From: Betaproteobacteria bacterium
Lineage (GTDB): Bacteria; Pseudomonadota; Gammaproteobacteria; Burkholderiales; Rhodocyclaceae
Length of the DNA: 64,000 nucleotides
Assembly (NCBI GenBank): GCA_009779265.1
Contig: WREP01000005.1
Location: 13,478 to 77,477 of the forward strand
Direction of reading: 5' to 3'
Shown: one piece after another, positions 29,117 to 40,886 of the stretch
How positions within the stretch are numbered: the first letter of the stretch is position 1
Layout: each line of letters opens with the position of its first letter
Program-made: the position numbers and the translations under genes
Notes under the pieces: model-generated
What the model was told of the DNA's origin: nothing
Database searches by the model: none
Seen by the model: only the letters and a program-made list of their open reading frames with translations

Positions 29117-30480
29117 ACTGGCTGCTTTCCCGCGTCGCGAGTGTCACCGGCGGCCGTCTGATCGGCGCCGACACAGCCCTGCACGGCGTCAGCACCGACA
29201 CGCGCGGCGTGCGCCCCGGTCAGTTGTTCATCGCCCTGCGCGGCGAGCGTTTCGACGCCCACAATTTTCTCGCCCAGGCCGTCGCCGCTGGCGCCGCCGC
29301 CCTGCTGGTCAGTGACGAAACGAAGCTGCCGGCGGAGGCGCCGGCCGTCGTCGTCGCCGATACCCGGCTTGCCCTCGGCGCCCTGGCTGGCGCCTGGCGG
29401 GCGGCGTTGGCGCTGCCGTTGATCGCCGTCACCGGCTCCAATGGCAAGACGACGACCAAGGAAATGATCGCCGCCATCCTCAAGGCCGCCGTTGGCGAGG
29501 CGGCAGTGCTGGCGACGCGCGGCAATTTCAACAACGACATCGGCCTGCCGCTGACCCTCTTGGAACTGCATGCTGGCCATCACGCGGCGGTGATCGAGCT
29601 GGGCATGAATCATCCCGGCGAGATCGGCTATCTGACGGGCGTGGCGAAGCCGACGGTGGCGCTGGTGACCAACGCCCAGCGCGCCCACCTCGCCGGCATG
29701 GGCGATCTCGACGAGGTGGCCCGCGAAAAAGGCAGCATTTTCTCCGGCCTTGCCGCCGACGGTATTGCCGTCATCAATGCCGATGACGTCCATGCTGGCC
29801 TCTGGCGCGAAATGGCGGCGCCCCATGCCGTGCGCAGTTTCGCCATCGACCGCGACGCCGATGTGCGCGGCCATGTCCGCCTGCATGGCCTGAGCACCGA
29901 ACTGACGCTGACATCCGCTGCCGGCGAGGCGACGCTCAAGCTCTCCGTCCCCGGCCGGCACAATGCCCGCAACGCCGTGGCCGCCGCCGCCGCCTGCCTC
30001 GCCGCCGGCCTGCCGCTGGCCGCCGTGGTTGCCGGCCTGGCATCCTTTGCTGGCGTCAAGGGCCGCCTGCAACGGCGCGCTGGGCGCAAGGGGGCGGAAA
30101 TTCTCGACGACACCTACAACGCCAATCCCGATTCGGTGCGCGCCGGCATCGACGTGCTGGCCGCCACCATCGGTCGCAAGATTCTCGTCCTCGGCGACAT
30201 GGGCGAAATCGGCGAAACCAGCGGCCAGTGCCATGACGAGATCGGCGGTTATGCCAGGAGCCAGGGCATCGACCGCCTGTTCGCGCTGGGCGAGGCGAGC
30301 CGCCAGGCGGTGCGCAATTTCGGCGAGGGCGCCCGCCATTTCTGCCAGGTGGAAAAGCTGCTCGCCGCCGTGGACAAGGAACTGGGGCCGGAAACCACCG
30401 TGCTGGTCAAAGGCTCGCGCTTCATGAAGATGGAACGGGTGGCCGACGCGCTCGCCGCCGCCCCGGAGGAGAAGGACTAA
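29113..30480 (+). CDS. murF: UDP-MurNAc-tripeptide:D-Ala-D-Ala ligase
   Basis: [39 protein letters not shown] and VKGSR motifs. Confidence 0.96.
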   Translation: MNWLLSRVASVTGGRLIGADTALHGVSTDTRGVRPGQLFIALRGERFDAHNFLAQAVAAGAAALLVSDETKLPAEAPAVVVADTRLALGALAGAWRAALALPLIAVTGSNGKTTTKEMIAAILKAAVGEAAVLATRGNFNNDIGLPLTLLELHAGHHAAVIELGMNHPGEIGYLTGVAKPTVALVTNAQRAHLAGMGDLDEVAREKGSIFSGLAADGIAVINADDVHAGLWREMAAPHAVRSFAIDRDADVRGHVRLHGLSTELTLTSAAGEATLKLSVPGRHNARNAVAAAAACLAAGLPLAAVVAGLASFAGVKGRLQRRAGRKGAEILDDTYNANPDSVRAGIDVLAATIGRKILVLGDMGEIGETSGQCHDEIGGYARSQGIDRLFALGEASRQAVRNFGEGARHFCQVEKLLAAVDKELGPETTVLVKGSRFMKMERVADALAAAPEEKD

Positions 30481-31580
30481 TGCTGCTCGCGCTGGCGCAA
30501 TGGCTCGCCCAGGATATTCGCTTTTTCAATGTCTTCAATTACATCACGCTGCGTACCGTGCTGGCGGCGATGACGGCCTTGCTCATTTCCTTCGCCGCCG
30601 GGCCGCGCGTCATCCGCTGGCTGGCGGCGAAAAAAATCGGCCAGGCGGTGCGTACCGATGGGCCACAGACCCATCTCGTCAAATCCGGCACGCCGACCAT
30701 GGGCGGCGTGCTGATCCTCATCGCCATCGGCATCACGACCCTGCTCTGGGGCGACCTCTCCAACAAATACGTGTGGACCGTGCTGGTGGTCACCCTCGGC
30801 TTCGGCATCGTCGGCTGGTACGACGACTGGAAGAAGGTGGTGTACCGCGACCCGAACGGCCTCTCCGCCCGCTGGAAATTTTTCTGGCAATCGGCGCTCG
30901 GCATCGGCGCCGCGCTGTTCCTCGCTTATTCCGGCGCGCCAGCGCAGACCGAACTGATCGTGCCCTTTTTCAAATCCGTCGCCTATCCGCTGGGCATCGT
31001 CGGCTTCATCGTGCTGACCTATTTCGTCATCGTCGGCACCAGCAATGCGGTCAATCTGACCGACGGCCTCGACGGCCTGGCCATCATGCCAACCGTCATG
31101 ATTGCCGGCGCTTTCGTGCTTTTCGCCTACGTCACCGGCCACGCCATTTACGCCAAATACCTGCTCATTCCCCATGTGCCGGGCGCTGGCGAATTGTGCA
31201 TCCTGCTCGGCGCCATCGCCGGGGCCGGCCTTGGCTTTTTGTGGTTCAACGCCTATCCGGCCGAGGTTTTCATGGGCGATGTCGGCGCCCTGGCGCTGGG
31301 CGCCGCGCTTGGCACCGTCGCCGTCATCCTGCGCCAGGAAATCGTGCTGCTCATCATGGGCGGCGTTTTTGTCGTCGAAACCCTGTCGGTGATGCTGCAG
31401 GTCACCTGGTTCAAGTACACCCGGAAAAAATTCGGCGAGGGCCGGCGCATTCTGCGCATGGCGCCGCTACACCACCATTTCGAACAGAGCGGCTGGAAGG
31501 AAACGCAAGTCGTCGTCCGCTTCTGGATCATTACCATCATGCTCGTGCTGATCGGGCTGTCTACCTTGAAGCTGCGCTAA
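30480..31580 (+). CDS. mraY: Phospho-MurNAc-pentapeptide transferase
   Basis: [31 protein letters not shown] and MAPLHHHFE motifs. Confidence 0.97.
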   Translation: MLLALAQWLAQDIRFFNVFNYITLRTVLAAMTALLISFAAGPRVIRWLAAKKIGQAVRTDGPQTHLVKSGTPTMGGVLILIAIGITTLLWGDLSNKYVWTVLVVTLGFGIVGWYDDWKKVVYRDPNGLSARWKFFWQSALGIGAALFLAYSGAPAQTELIVPFFKSVAYPLGIVGFIVLTYFVIVGTSNAVNLTDGLDGLAIMPTVMIAGAFVLFAYVTGHAIYAKYLLIPHVPGAGELCILLGAIAGAGLGFLWFNAYPAEVFMGDVGALALGAALGTVAVILRQEIVLLIMGGVFVVETLSVMLQVTWFKYTRKKFGEGRRILRMAPLHHHFEQSGWKETQVVVRFWIITIMLVLIGLSTLKLR

Positions 31581-31582
31581 CC

Positions 31583-32935
31583 ATGGACCTCCAGGGCAAA
31601 CGGGCGGTCGTGGTCGGGCTTGGCGAGTCCGGGCTGGCCATGGCCAAGTGGCTGCATCGCCAGGGCGCTGGCGTGCGCGTCGTCGATTCGCGCGCCACGC
31701 CGCCCAATGCCGAGGCCCTGTTCCAGGCGGCGCCGGATGCCGAACTGGCGGCCGGGCCGTTCGCCGCCGCCGCCTTCGCCGATGCCGACCTGGTGGCCCT
31801 GTCGCCGGGCGTCGCCAAGGCCACGCCGGTCATCGCCGAACTGGCCGTGCCGGTGATTTCGGAAATCGAATTATTCGCCGCCGCGACGCGCGCCCTGGCC
31901 CCGGCGAGCAAAATCCTCGCCATCACGGGCAGCAATGGCAAGAGCACGACCACGGCGCTGGCCGCGCATCTGCTCAACGGCGCCGGCATTCCCGCCGTCG
32001 CTTGCGGCAATCTTTCGCCGTCGGCGCTCGATGCGCTGATGGCGGCGCTCGATGCCGACGCCCTGCCGGCGGCCTGGGTGGTCGAACTGTCCAGTTTTCA
32101 ACTGGAAACGACGCATTGCCTGAATGCCGCCGCCGCCACCGTGCTCAATGTCACGGAAGACCATCTCGACCGCTACGACGGCAGCCTGGCCGACTACGCC
32201 GCCGCCAAGGCGCGCGTTTTCCAGGGCCAGGGCGCGATGATTTTGAATCGCGACGACGACTGGTCGATGGCCAATGGCCGCTGCGGGCGGCGCATCGTCA
32301 CCTTCGGCCTGAACCCGCCGCCGCGCGCCGCCGATTACGGCCTCAGCGACGGCGCCATCGCCCGCGGCCAGGAAATTCTCGTCGCCCTCGCCGATCTGCG
32401 TCTGGCCGGTCTGCACAACGCCGCCAATGTCATGGCCGCGCTGGCTTTGTGCGAAGCCTTTGGCACCGTGCCGGCGGATCTGCTCGCCCCGCTGAAAACT
32501 TTTCGCGGCCTGCCGCATCGCGTTGAGACGGTGGCCGAGATCGGCGGCGTGCTTTACGTCGACGATTCCAAGGGCACCAATGTTGGCGCCACGTTGGCCG
32601 CCATCGCCGGCATGGGCCGGCCGGTCGCCGTTATTCTCGGCGGCGACGGCAAGGGCCAGGATTTTGCGCCGCTCGCCCCGGCGCTGGCGCGGCATGGCCG
32701 CGCCGTGGCTTCGATTGGCCGCGACGCGCCGCGCATCGAAGCGGCCATCGCCGCTTGCGGCTTGCCGCTGCGCCGTTGCGCCGACATGACCGAAGCCGTG
32801 ACTTGGCTGGCCGGCCAGGCTATTGCCGGCGACTGCGTGCTGCTCTCGCCGGCCTGCGCCAGCCTCGATATGTATCGCGACTACGCTCAGCGCGCCGCGG
32901 CTTTCATCGCCGCCGTCGGGGAACTGCCATGCTGA
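31583..32935 (+). CDS. murD: UDP-MurNAc-L-Ala:D-Glu ligase
   Basis: ATG at 31583; [30 protein letters not shown] and DDSKGTN motifs. Confidence 0.96.
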   Translation: MDLQGKRAVVVGLGESGLAMAKWLHRQGAGVRVVDSRATPPNAEALFQAAPDAELAAGPFAAAAFADADLVALSPGVAKATPVIAELAVPVISEIELFAAATRALAPASKILAITGSNGKSTTTALAAHLLNGAGIPAVACGNLSPSALDALMAALDADALPAAWVVELSSFQLETTHCLNAAAATVLNVTEDHLDRYDGSLADYAAAKARVFQGQGAMILNRDDDWSMANGRCGRRIVTFGLNPPPRAADYGLSDGAIARGQEILVALADLRLAGLHNAANVMAALALCEAFGTVPADLLAPLKTFRGLPHRVETVAEIGGVLYVDDSKGTNVGATLAAIAGMGRPVAVILGGDGKGQDFAPLAPALARHGRAVASIGRDAPRIEAAIAACGLPLRRCADMTEAVTWLAGQAIAGDCVLLSPACASLDMYRDYAQRAAAFIAAVGELPC

Positions 32936-34092
32936 TCGCGGCGCTCGACGCTCCCCGCCGGCAACTGGCCGAAATCGACCACGCCCTCCTGTGGAGCGCG
33001 CTGCTCTTGCTGTTCGCCGGTCTGGTGATGGTTTATTCGGCCTCGATCGCCATTGCCGAGGGCAATCGTTTCACCAACAATCAGCCGGCCTATTTTCTCG
33101 TGCGCCACGGCGTTTTTTTGTGCATCGCCCTGGTCGCCGCCGCTGCCGCTTTTCAGGTGCCGCTGACGCTGTGGCAGAAATGCGCGCCCTGGCTGTTCCT
33201 GGTCGGCGTCGTGCTGCTTGTCATCGTGCTGATTCCCGGCATCGGGCGCGACATCAATGGCGCCCGCCGCTGGCTGTCGCTCGGCTTCGCCAATTTCCAG
33301 CCGTCCGAATTGATGAAGCTGTTCGTCGTGCTCTACGCGGCCGACTACACGGTGCGCAAAATCAATGTCATGCACAAGCTGGGGCAGGCTTTTCTGCCGA
33401 TGTTCGGGGCCATGGCCGTGGTCGGCATGCTGCTGTTGAAGGAGCCGGATTTCGGCGCCCTCGTCGTCATCATCGTCGTCGCCATGGGCATCCTTTTCCT
33501 CGGCGGCCTCAAGGCGCGCCTATTCACCCTGCTGATCATCGGCCTGCTGGTCGCCTTCACGATCCTGATCATCGTCTCGCCCTACCGCCGTGACCGCATT
33601 TTCGGCTTCATGGACCCGTGGGCCGACGCCTACGGGCGCGGTTACCAGTTGTCGCATGCGCTGATCGCCTTTGGCCGTGGCGAATTATTCGGCGTCGGCC
33701 TCGGCGGCTCGGTCGAAAAGCTGTTCTACCTGCCGGAAGCGCATACCGATTTCCTGCTCGCGGTGATTGCCGAGGAGCTTGGCTTCGTCGGCGTGCTGAC
33801 GGTGATCCTGCTGTTCGCCGTGCTCGTCCAGCGCGCCTTCGCCATCGGCCGCCAGTGCGTGCAGCTCGACCGCCTCTATCCGGCGCTGGTGGCGATGGGC
33901 ATCGGCATCTGGCTGGGCGTCCAGTCCTTCGTCAACATGGGCGTCAACATGGGTCTCCTGCCGACCAAGGGACTGACCCTGCCGTTGATGAGCTTCGGCG
34001 GCTCCGGCCTCTTCGCCAACTGCGTGACCCTCGCCATTCTCCTCCGGGTGGATTGGGAAAACAGGCAGCTCATGCGCGGAGGAAAACTATGA
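32929..34092 (+). CDS. ftsW: SEDS peptidoglycan glycosyltransferase FtsW
   Basis: [23 protein letters not shown] and [15 protein letters not shown] motifs. Confidence 0.96.
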   Translation: MLIAALDAPRRQLAEIDHALLWSALLLLFAGLVMVYSASIAIAEGNRFTNNQPAYFLVRHGVFLCIALVAAAAAFQVPLTLWQKCAPWLFLVGVVLLVIVLIPGIGRDINGARRWLSLGFANFQPSELMKLFVVLYAADYTVRKINVMHKLGQAFLPMFGAMAVVGMLLLKEPDFGALVVIIVVAMGILFLGGLKARLFTLLIIGLLVAFTILIIVSPYRRDRIFGFMDPWADAYGRGYQLSHALIAFGRGELFGVGLGGSVEKLFYLPEAHTDFLLAVIAEELGFVGVLTVILLFAVLVQRAFAIGRQCVQLDRLYPALVAMGIGIWLGVQSFVNMGVNMGLLPTKGLTLPLMSFGGSGLFANCVTLAILLRVDWENRQLMRGGKL

Positions 34093-34199
34093 CTGCGTTG
34101 GCGCTGCCTGTTTCGTCGCAGGCTAACTTGCGCAGCAAGTTAAGGGCGCAGCCCGGCCGGAGACAAAATCGCCAATTGATGCGCGGAGGCAAATTATGA
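34057..34199 (+). repeat. Diverged 36-nt direct repeat of the ftsW 3' end flanking a palindrome
   Basis: 34057-34092 vs 34164-34199 are 27/36 identical; internal inverted repeat TAACTTGC-GCA-GCAAGTTA at 34124-34142. Confidence 0.85.
34089..34199 (+). CDS. Putative 36-aa peptide ending in a recoded copy of the FtsW C-terminus
   Basis: ATG overlaps the ftsW stop (ATGA) with GGAGG 6 nt upstream; translates [36 protein letters not shown]. Expression is unproven. Confidence 0.4.
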   Translation: MTALALPVSSQANLRSKLRAQPGRRQNRQLMRGGKL

Positions 34200-34241
34200 G
34201 GCCAATGCGCTTTGAGGCAGCTCCTTTCAAGGAGGCTCATC

Positions 34242-35300
34242 ATGTCTAAAACCATCCTGGTCATGGCTGGCGGCACCGGCGGGCACATCTTTCCGGCGCT
34301 GACTGTCGCCCACAAGATGCGCAATGCCGGGTGGCGGGTGGTCTGGCTGGGCAGTCCGGAGGGCATGGAGGCGCGGCTGGTGCCGCAGCACGGCTTCGAG
34401 ATGGCCTGGGTGCGCTTCGCGGCGCTGCGCGGCAAGGGGCTTTTGCGCAAACTGCTGCTGCCGCTCAATCTGCTGCGCGCTTTCTGGCAGGCTTTGCAGG
34501 CGCTGCGTCAGGCGCGGCCGGACGTGGTGCTCGGCATGGGCGGCTATATCTCCTTCCCTGGCGGCATGATGGCGGCTCTGACCGGCGTGCCGCTGGTGCT
34601 GCACGAGCAGAATGCCGTGGCCGGGCTGGCCAATCGCGTCCTGGCCGGCGTCGCCGACCGCATCGTCACCGGCTTTCCGGGAACCCTGGCCAAGGGCCGC
34701 TGCCTGGGTAATCCGGTGCGCGACGAGGTGGCCGCGCTGGCGCCGCCGGTCGAGCGTTTTACCAAGCGCGAGGGCGCCCTGCATCTGCTGGTCATCGGCG
34801 GCAGTCTCGGCGCGCAAGCCCTGAACGAGGCGGTGCCGCAAGCCATGGCGCAATTGCCGGCCAACGAGCGGCCGTGCATCGTGCATCAGGCCGGCGAGAA
34901 GATGATTGAGGCTCTGAAAGCCAATTACGCGGCGGCCGGCGTCGAGGCCGATTGCCTGCCCTTCATCGAGGACATGGCCAGCGCCTATGCCTGGGCTGAT
35001 CTGGTCATCTGCCGCGCTGGCGCGCTGACCATCGCCGAACTGGCGGCGGCGGGCGTGCCCGGCGTCCTGGTGCCCTTCCCGCACGCGGTGGATGACCACC
35101 AGACCGCCAATGCCCGTTATCTGGTCAGTATCGGCGGCGCTTTCCTGCTGCCGCAGGAGGAATTGAGCGCCGACAGCATCGCCCTGATCCGCAATTACAG
35201 CCGCCACCAATTGCTGGAAATGGCGGAGAAGGCGCGCAGTCTGGCGCGGCCCGAGGCCGCTTCCGAGTTGGCGGATATCTGCGCCGAGGCGGCGAAATGA
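34242..35300 (+). CDS. murG: Undecaprenyl-PP-MurNAc-pentapeptide GlcNAc transferase
   Basis: [25 protein letters not shown] and DDHQTANA motifs; AAGGAGG ribosome-binding site before ATG 34242. Confidence 0.96.
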   Translation: MSKTILVMAGGTGGHIFPALTVAHKMRNAGWRVVWLGSPEGMEARLVPQHGFEMAWVRFAALRGKGLLRKLLLPLNLLRAFWQALQALRQARPDVVLGMGGYISFPGGMMAALTGVPLVLHEQNAVAGLANRVLAGVADRIVTGFPGTLAKGRCLGNPVRDEVAALAPPVERFTKREGALHLLVIGGSLGAQALNEAVPQAMAQLPANERPCIVHQAGEKMIEALKANYAAAGVEADCLPFIEDMASAYAWADLVICRAGALTIAELAAAGVPGVLVPFPHAVDDHQTANARYLVSIGGAFLLPQEELSADSIALIRNYSRHQLLEMAEKARSLARPEAASELADICAEAAK

Positions 35301-35316
35301 ACACGAAAGACAGGAC

Positions 35317-36708
35317 ATGAAACACAAGGTCAAAAATATCCATTTCGTCGGCGTCGGCGGTTCGGGCATGAGCGGCATCGCCGAGGTGCTGGCCCATCTC
35401 GATTTCACGGTCAGCGGTTCCGACCTCGCCGCCAGCGCCACGACGCGCCGTTTGCAGGACGAGGGCGTCAAGGTGACGATCGGCCATGATGCCGCCAATA
35501 TCGGCGGCGCCGACGCCGTCGTGGTGTCGACGGCGGTCAAGGCCGATAACCCGGAAGTGGTCGCCGCCCGCGCGCGCAAAATCCCGGTCGTGCCGCGCGC
35601 CCAGATGCTGGCCGAACTGATGCGCCTGAAGCGCGGCATCGCCATCGCCGGCACGCACGGCAAAACCACCACCACCAGTCTGGTCACCAGCATCCTGGCG
35701 GCGGGCGGCGCCGATCCGACCTTCGTCATCGGCGGCCGGCTGAACGCCGCTGGCGCCAATGCCCGCCTCGGCAGGGGCGATTTTCTCGTAGCCGAGGCCG
35801 ACGAGTCCGACGCCTCCTTTCTGTTCCTGTCGCCGGTGGTATCGGTGGTCACCAATATCGACGCCGACCACATGGAGACCTATGGCCACGATTTCGCGCG
35901 CCTGAAGGGGGCTTTCACCGATTTTCTCAATCGCCTGCCGTTTTACGGCGTCGCCATTCTCTGCGCCGACGACCAGAATGTGCGCGAAATCATGCCGCAG
36001 GTCAGCCGCCAGATTGTCACCTACGGCCTGACGCCGGATTGCAATTTCTACGCTGAAAACATCGTCGCCGACGGCTGCCGCATGCACTTTGACTGCGTGC
36101 GCGTCAATAGCCGCACCAGCCGCCTGCCGATCACCCTCAACACGCCGGGCCGGCACAATGTGCTCAACGCCCTGGCGGCGATCGCCGTCGCCAGCGAGGT
36201 GCAGATTGACGATGCCGCCATCGTCGCGGCCCTGGCCGAATTCAGCGGCGTCGGTCGGCGCTTCCAGCGTTACGGCGAGGTGGCATTGCCGGCGGGCGGG
36301 GGCTTCACGCTGATCGACGATTACGGCCATCATCCGGCGGAAATGGCTGCGACCCTGGCCGCCGCCCGCGACGCTTTTCCCGGCCGGCGCTTGTTGCTGG
36401 CTTTCCAGCCGCACCGCTACACACGCACCCGCGATTGTTTCGAGGATTTCGTCAAGGTCCTGAGCGGCGTTGATGCGCTCTGTCTGGCCGAAGTCTATGC
36501 CGCTGGCGAGGCGCCCATCGTCGCCGCCGACGGTCGCTCGCTGGCGCGCGCTGTGCGCGTCGCCGGCAAGGTCGAGCCGGTGTTCGTCGAGGACATCGCG
36601 GCGCTGCCGGCAACGATCATGGAAGTCGCCCGCGACGGCGACGTGGTGTTGATCATGGGCGCCGGCTCCATCGGCGCCGTGGCGGGCCGGCTGACGGAGG
36701 GGCAATGA
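35317..36708 (+). CDS. murC: UDP-MurNAc:L-Ala ligase
   Basis: [34 protein letters not shown] and FQPHRYTRT motifs. Confidence 0.97.
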   Translation: MKHKVKNIHFVGVGGSGMSGIAEVLAHLDFTVSGSDLAASATTRRLQDEGVKVTIGHDAANIGGADAVVVSTAVKADNPEVVAARARKIPVVPRAQMLAELMRLKRGIAIAGTHGKTTTTSLVTSILAAGGADPTFVIGGRLNAAGANARLGRGDFLVAEADESDASFLFLSPVVSVVTNIDADHMETYGHDFARLKGAFTDFLNRLPFYGVAILCADDQNVREIMPQVSRQIVTYGLTPDCNFYAENIVADGCRMHFDCVRVNSRTSRLPITLNTPGRHNVLNALAAIAVASEVQIDDAAIVAALAEFSGVGRRFQRYGEVALPAGGGFTLIDDYGHHPAEMAATLAAARDAFPGRRLLLAFQPHRYTRTRDCFEDFVKVLSGVDALCLAEVYAAGEAPIVAADGRSLARAVRVAGKVEPVFVEDIAALPATIMEVARDGDVVLIMGAGSIGAVAGRLTEGQ

Positions 36709-37610
36709 AAAGTTTCGGCAAAGTGGCGGTGCTGTTCGGCGGAACTTCCGGCGAGCGCGAGATTTCCCTGAATAGCGGCGCGCGCGTGCTGGCCGCCCTG
36801 CAAGGGCAGGGCATCGACGCCCAGGGCTTCGATCCGGCGCGCGAACCGTTGGCCGCGCTCAAGGCTTACGACCGCGTTTTCATCGCCCTGCATGGACGCT
36901 ACGGCGAGGATGGCACGATCCAGGGGGCGCTTGAATTGCTGCGCATCCCCTATACCGGCTCCGGCGTCCTGGCTTCGGCGCTGGGCATGGACAAATTCCG
37001 CAGCAAGCTCCTCTGGCAGGCCGCCGGCCTGCCGGTTCCCGATTACGCGCTGCTCGCCGCCGACAGCGATTTCGCCGCCGTCGAGGCGGCGCTCGGCCTG
37101 CCGCTGTTCGTCAAGCCGGCGCGCGAAGGCTCGTCGATCGGCATCAGCAAGGTCGAGGCGCCCGGCGCGCTGGCCGCGGCCCATGCCGAGGCGGCTCGCC
37201 ACGATGCGCTGGTGCTGGCCGAGCGCGCCATTCTGGGCGGCGAATACACGGTCGGCATCGTCGGCGGTGAAACGCTGCCCATCGTCAAGATTGAGCCGGC
37301 AACTGGCTGGTACGACTACGAGGCCAAATATAACCGCGACGACACGCGCTATCTCTGCCCCTGCGGCTTGCCGCCGGAGCAGGAGGCGGAAATCCGCCGT
37401 CAGGCGCTGGAAGCTTTCCGCCTGCTCGGCGGGCGCGGCTGGGGGCGGGTCGATTTCCTGATGGACGAGGCCGGCCAACATTACTTCCTGGAAGTGAATA
37501 CCGCGCCGGGCATGACCGATCACTCGCTGTTGCCGATGGCCGCCCGCGCCGCCGGCATGGACTACCCGGCGCTGGTGCGGCGCGTGCTCGAACTGGCCGC
37601 CAACGACTGA
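36705..37610 (+). CDS. ddl: D-Ala-D-Ala ligase
   Basis: [33 protein letters not shown] and EVNTAPGMT motifs. Confidence 0.96.
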   Translation: MKSFGKVAVLFGGTSGEREISLNSGARVLAALQGQGIDAQGFDPAREPLAALKAYDRVFIALHGRYGEDGTIQGALELLRIPYTGSGVLASALGMDKFRSKLLWQAAGLPVPDYALLAADSDFAAVEAALGLPLFVKPAREGSSIGISKVEAPGALAAAHAEAARHDALVLAERAILGGEYTVGIVGGETLPIVKIEPATGWYDYEAKYNRDDTRYLCPCGLPPEQEAEIRRQALEAFRLLGGRGWGRVDFLMDEAGQHYFLEVNTAPGMTDHSLLPMAARAAGMDYPALVRRVLELAAND

Positions 37611-37618
37611 GACGATGA

Positions 37619-38359
37619 ATGTGGCACAAAGCACACCTGCTCAACGCCCTGGCCGATCTGCTGCTCTTGGCGGGCACAGCGGTTCTGCTGGCGGCCGGCG
37701 CCGTCTGGCTGGCGCGCGTGCCGGCCTGGCCGGTTGCGCGGGTGGATTTCGCCGAAGCGCTGGTCAACACCCGGCGCGCGGAAGTGGAACAGGTGCTGCA
37801 ACCGGCGCTCAAGGGCAATTTTTTCAGCGTCAATCTGGACACGGCGCGCACCGCGCTGGAGCGCCTGCCCTGGGTGCGCAAGGCGGAGGTGCGGCGGGTC
37901 TGGCCGGCGCGCCTGCTCGTGCGGGTCGAGGAACATCGCGCCGCGGCGCGCTGGGGCGAAGGGCGGGGCGAGCTGGTCAACAGCTATGGCGAGGTATTCG
38001 TCGCCCTGAGCAGCGCCGAGCGGCTGGCGGCCTTGCCGCTACTGCACGGGCCGGCGGGAACGGCGCCGGAAGTGCTGGCCCGCTACGCCGATCTGGTTGG
38101 CCGCTTCGCGCCCCTCGGCGAGCGGCCGGCGCAATTGCTGCTGACGCCGCGCCTGGCCTGGCAACTGAAACTGGCCAGCGGCATGGCGCTGAATCTTGGC
38201 CGCGAACAGCCCAAGGCGCCGTTGAGCGCGCGCTTGCAGCGTTTCATCGCGGTCTGGCCGCAGACCATCGGCAAGCTGGCGGCGCGTCCGGAAAAGGTCG
38301 ATTTGCGGTATCCGAATGGTTTTGCCATGCGTCTTGCGGGCGAGGGGAAGGGAAATTAG
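37619..38359 (+). CDS. ftsQ: Cell division protein FtsQ
   Basis: TM helix plus POTRA domain (LPWVRKAEVRRVWP); DLRYPNGFA C-terminus. Confidence 0.92.
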   Translation: MWHKAHLLNALADLLLLAGTAVLLAAGAVWLARVPAWPVARVDFAEALVNTRRAEVEQVLQPALKGNFFSVNLDTARTALERLPWVRKAEVRRVWPARLLVRVEEHRAAARWGEGRGELVNSYGEVFVALSSAERLAALPLLHGPAGTAPEVLARYADLVGRFAPLGERPAQLLLTPRLAWQLKLASGMALNLGREQPKAPLSARLQRFIAVWPQTIGKLAARPEKVDLRYPNGFAMRLAGEGKGN

Positions 38360-38363
38360 AAAC

Positions 38364-39593
38364 ATGAGCAGGGATAACAAGGATTTGATCGTCGGACTGG
38401 ATATCGGCACCTCGAAAACCCTCGCGCTGGTCGCCGAGATCGATGCCGAGGGCCATCTCAACGTGATCGGCATGGGTTCGCAGGATTCGCGCGGCTTGAA
38501 AAAGGGCGTCGTGGTCAATATCGAGGAAACCGTGCACGCCATCAGCCGGGTGATCCAGGAAGTCGAACTGATGGCCGACTGCAAGGTGCGCGAGGTGTAT
38601 ACCGGCATCGCTGGCAGTCACATCAAGAGCTTCAACTCCAACGGCATGGTGGCGATCAAGGACAAGGAAGTGACCCAGGCCGACATCGAGCGCGTCATCG
38701 AAACGGCCAAGGCGATGCCAATACAAGCCGAGCAGGAAATCCTGCACATCCTTCCTCAGGAATTTGTCATCGACGGCCAGGACGGTATCCGCGAGCCGAT
38801 CGGCATGAGCGGCATGCGTCTGGAAGTAAAGACTCACATCGTCACCGGCGCCGTCTCGGCGGCCCAGAATATCGTCAAGTGCGTGCGCCGCTGCGGCCTG
38901 GAGGTGAATGATTTGGTGCTGCAACCGCTGGCTTCCAGCTATGCCGTGCTCTCCGAGGACGAAAAGGAGCTTGGCGTCTGTCTGGTCGATATCGGCGGCG
39001 GCACCACCGATCTCGCCGTGTGGACCCAGGGCGCGATTCGCCATACCTCGGTGATTCCCATTGCCGGCGACCAGGTCACCAACGACATCGCCATGGCCCT
39101 GCGCACGCCGACGCGCGAGGCCGAGGACATCAAGTGCAAATACGGCTGCGCCTTGCCGCAGATGGCCGATGCCGATGCCCATATCGACGTGGCCGGCGTC
39201 GACGAACGGCCAAGCCGCAAGCTGTCGCGCAAGGCGCTGGCCGACGTGATCCAGCCGCGCGTCGAGGAACTCTACGAATTGATCCAGAACGAGTTGCGCC
39301 GTGCCGGCTTCGAGGACGTGCTGTCCTCCGGCATCGTGCTCACCGGCGGCGCCAGCGTGATGCCGGGCATGGTCGAACTGGGCGAGGAAATTTTTCACAT
39401 GCCGGTGCGTCTGGGCAGCCCCAAATACGCCGGCAGTCTGGCCGACGTGGTGCAAAGCCCGCGCTTCGCCACCGCCTGCGGCTTGCTGCTCGAAGCCCAG
39501 GCACAGCGTCGGCGCGGCCAGAAGATTCAGGAAAAGCAGGGGTTTACCGACATCCTGCGGCGCATGAAGTCGTGGTTGGCAAAGAATTTTTGA
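38364..39593 (+). CDS. ftsA: Cell division protein FtsA
   Basis: GLDIGTSK, DIGGGTTD and GIVLTGGAS motifs; C-terminal amphipathic helix. Confidence 0.96.
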   Translation: MSRDNKDLIVGLDIGTSKTLALVAEIDAEGHLNVIGMGSQDSRGLKKGVVVNIEETVHAISRVIQEVELMADCKVREVYTGIAGSHIKSFNSNGMVAIKDKEVTQADIERVIETAKAMPIQAEQEILHILPQEFVIDGQDGIREPIGMSGMRLEVKTHIVTGAVSAAQNIVKCVRRCGLEVNDLVLQPLASSYAVLSEDEKELGVCLVDIGGGTTDLAVWTQGAIRHTSVIPIAGDQVTNDIAMALRTPTREAEDIKCKYGCALPQMADADAHIDVAGVDERPSRKLSRKALADVIQPRVEELYELIQNELRRAGFEDVLSSGIVLTGGASVMPGMVELGEEIFHMPVRLGSPKYAGSLADVVQSPRFATACGLLLEAQAQRRRGQKIQEKQGFTDILRRMKSWLAKNF

Positions 39594-39631
39594 TTGCATC
39601 TGGCAAGCTTTTTCAGAGGAGGTAGTAAGTC

Positions 39632-40807
39632 ATGTTTGAAATCATCGACAAGGAAGAAAGCGGCACCATCATCAAGGTGTTCGGCGTCGGCGGGGCCGGC
39701 GGGAATGCTATCGAGCACATGATTCGCGAAGGGGTCAACGGCGTCGAATTCGTCGCCGCCAATACCGATGCCCAGGCGCTGGCGCGCAATACCGCGCCGA
39801 ACCGCCTGACGCTCGGCGGCAGCGGTCTGGGCGCCGGCGCCAAGCCGGAGAAGGGGCGGGAAGCGGCGCACGAGCATCGCGACGAGATCCGCGCCAATCT
39901 CGAAGGCGCGCACATGGTCTTCATCACCGCCGGCATGGGCGGCGGCACCGGCACCGGCGCCGCCCCGGTGGTCGCCGAGGTGGCCCGCGAAATGGGCGTG
40001 CTGACCGTCGGCGTGGTCACCAAGCCCTTCTCCTTTGAAGGCGGCAAGCGCATGAAGGCCGCCGAGGCCGGCATCGCCGAATTGACCAAGCATGTCGATT
40101 CGCTGATCGTCATCCTCAACGACAAGCTGATGGAAGTCATGGGCGATGACGCTGATGCCGACGCCTGCTTCAAGGCGGCTGACGACGTGCTGAAAAACGC
40201 GGTCGGCGGCATTGCCGAAATCATCAACTACCCCGGCATGATGAACGTCGATTTCGAGGACGTGCGCACGGTCATGGGCGAACCGGGCCGCGCCATGATG
40301 GGTTCTGCCGCCGTTTCCGGCGTCGACCGCGCCCGTCTCGCCGCCGAGCAGGCGGTTGCCTCGCCGCTGCTGGAAGGCGTCAATCTGAACGGCGCGCGCG
40401 GCGTGCTGGTCAACATCACCGCATCCAAGGGCAACCTGAAGATGAAGGAATATTACGAGGTGATGAACGCCATCAAGAGCTTCGCCGCCGAGGATGCCCA
40501 CATCATCGTCGGCGCCGTCTATGACGAGTTGATGGGCGACGCCCTGCGCGTCACCGTGATCGCCACCGGCCTCGGCCAGGCCGCTGTCGCCAGGCGGCAA
40601 AGCTTCGAGGTCGTCAATACCCCGGTGATTCAGGCGACCGGCACCAGCGACGCTGTTGCGTTCGGCAATCTGCCGCAGATCGACTACGCCCAGATCGCCG
40701 AAGTGCCGGCCGTGGTGCGCAAGCGCAATGCCACCGTCGAGGCGCTGACCAACAGCGGCGTCGATCGCTACGACATCCCGGCCTTCCTGCGCAAGCAGGC
40801 GGATTGA
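39632..40807 (+). CDS. ftsZ: Cell division protein FtsZ
   Basis: GVGGAGGNA, GMGGGTGTG tubulin signature and C-terminal DIPAFLRKQAD. Confidence 0.98.
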   Translation: MFEIIDKEESGTIIKVFGVGGAGGNAIEHMIREGVNGVEFVAANTDAQALARNTAPNRLTLGGSGLGAGAKPEKGREAAHEHRDEIRANLEGAHMVFITAGMGGGTGTGAAPVVAEVAREMGVLTVGVVTKPFSFEGGKRMKAAEAGIAELTKHVDSLIVILNDKLMEVMGDDADADACFKAADDVLKNAVGGIAEIINYPGMMNVDFEDVRTVMGEPGRAMMGSAAVSGVDRARLAAEQAVASPLLEGVNLNGARGVLVNITASKGNLKMKEYYEVMNAIKSFAAEDAHIIVGAVYDELMGDALRVTVIATGLGQAAVARRQSFEVVNTPVIQATGTSDAVAFGNLPQIDYAQIAEVPAVVRKRNATVEALTNSGVDRYDIPAFLRKQAD

Positions 40808-40886
40808 GGCGTCGCGCCTTCTCTGAAAAAGGGGAGCGCCGTGCTACAATACGGCGCTTTCCCCAGACACTTTCTAGGCATCCGGC

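Noticed and set aside
30500-31582. Apparent 811-aa MurD and 741-aa kinase (1463-3688) suggesting fusions
   Set aside because: These are open frames overlapping mraY and waaP; the real starts are 31583 and 2237.
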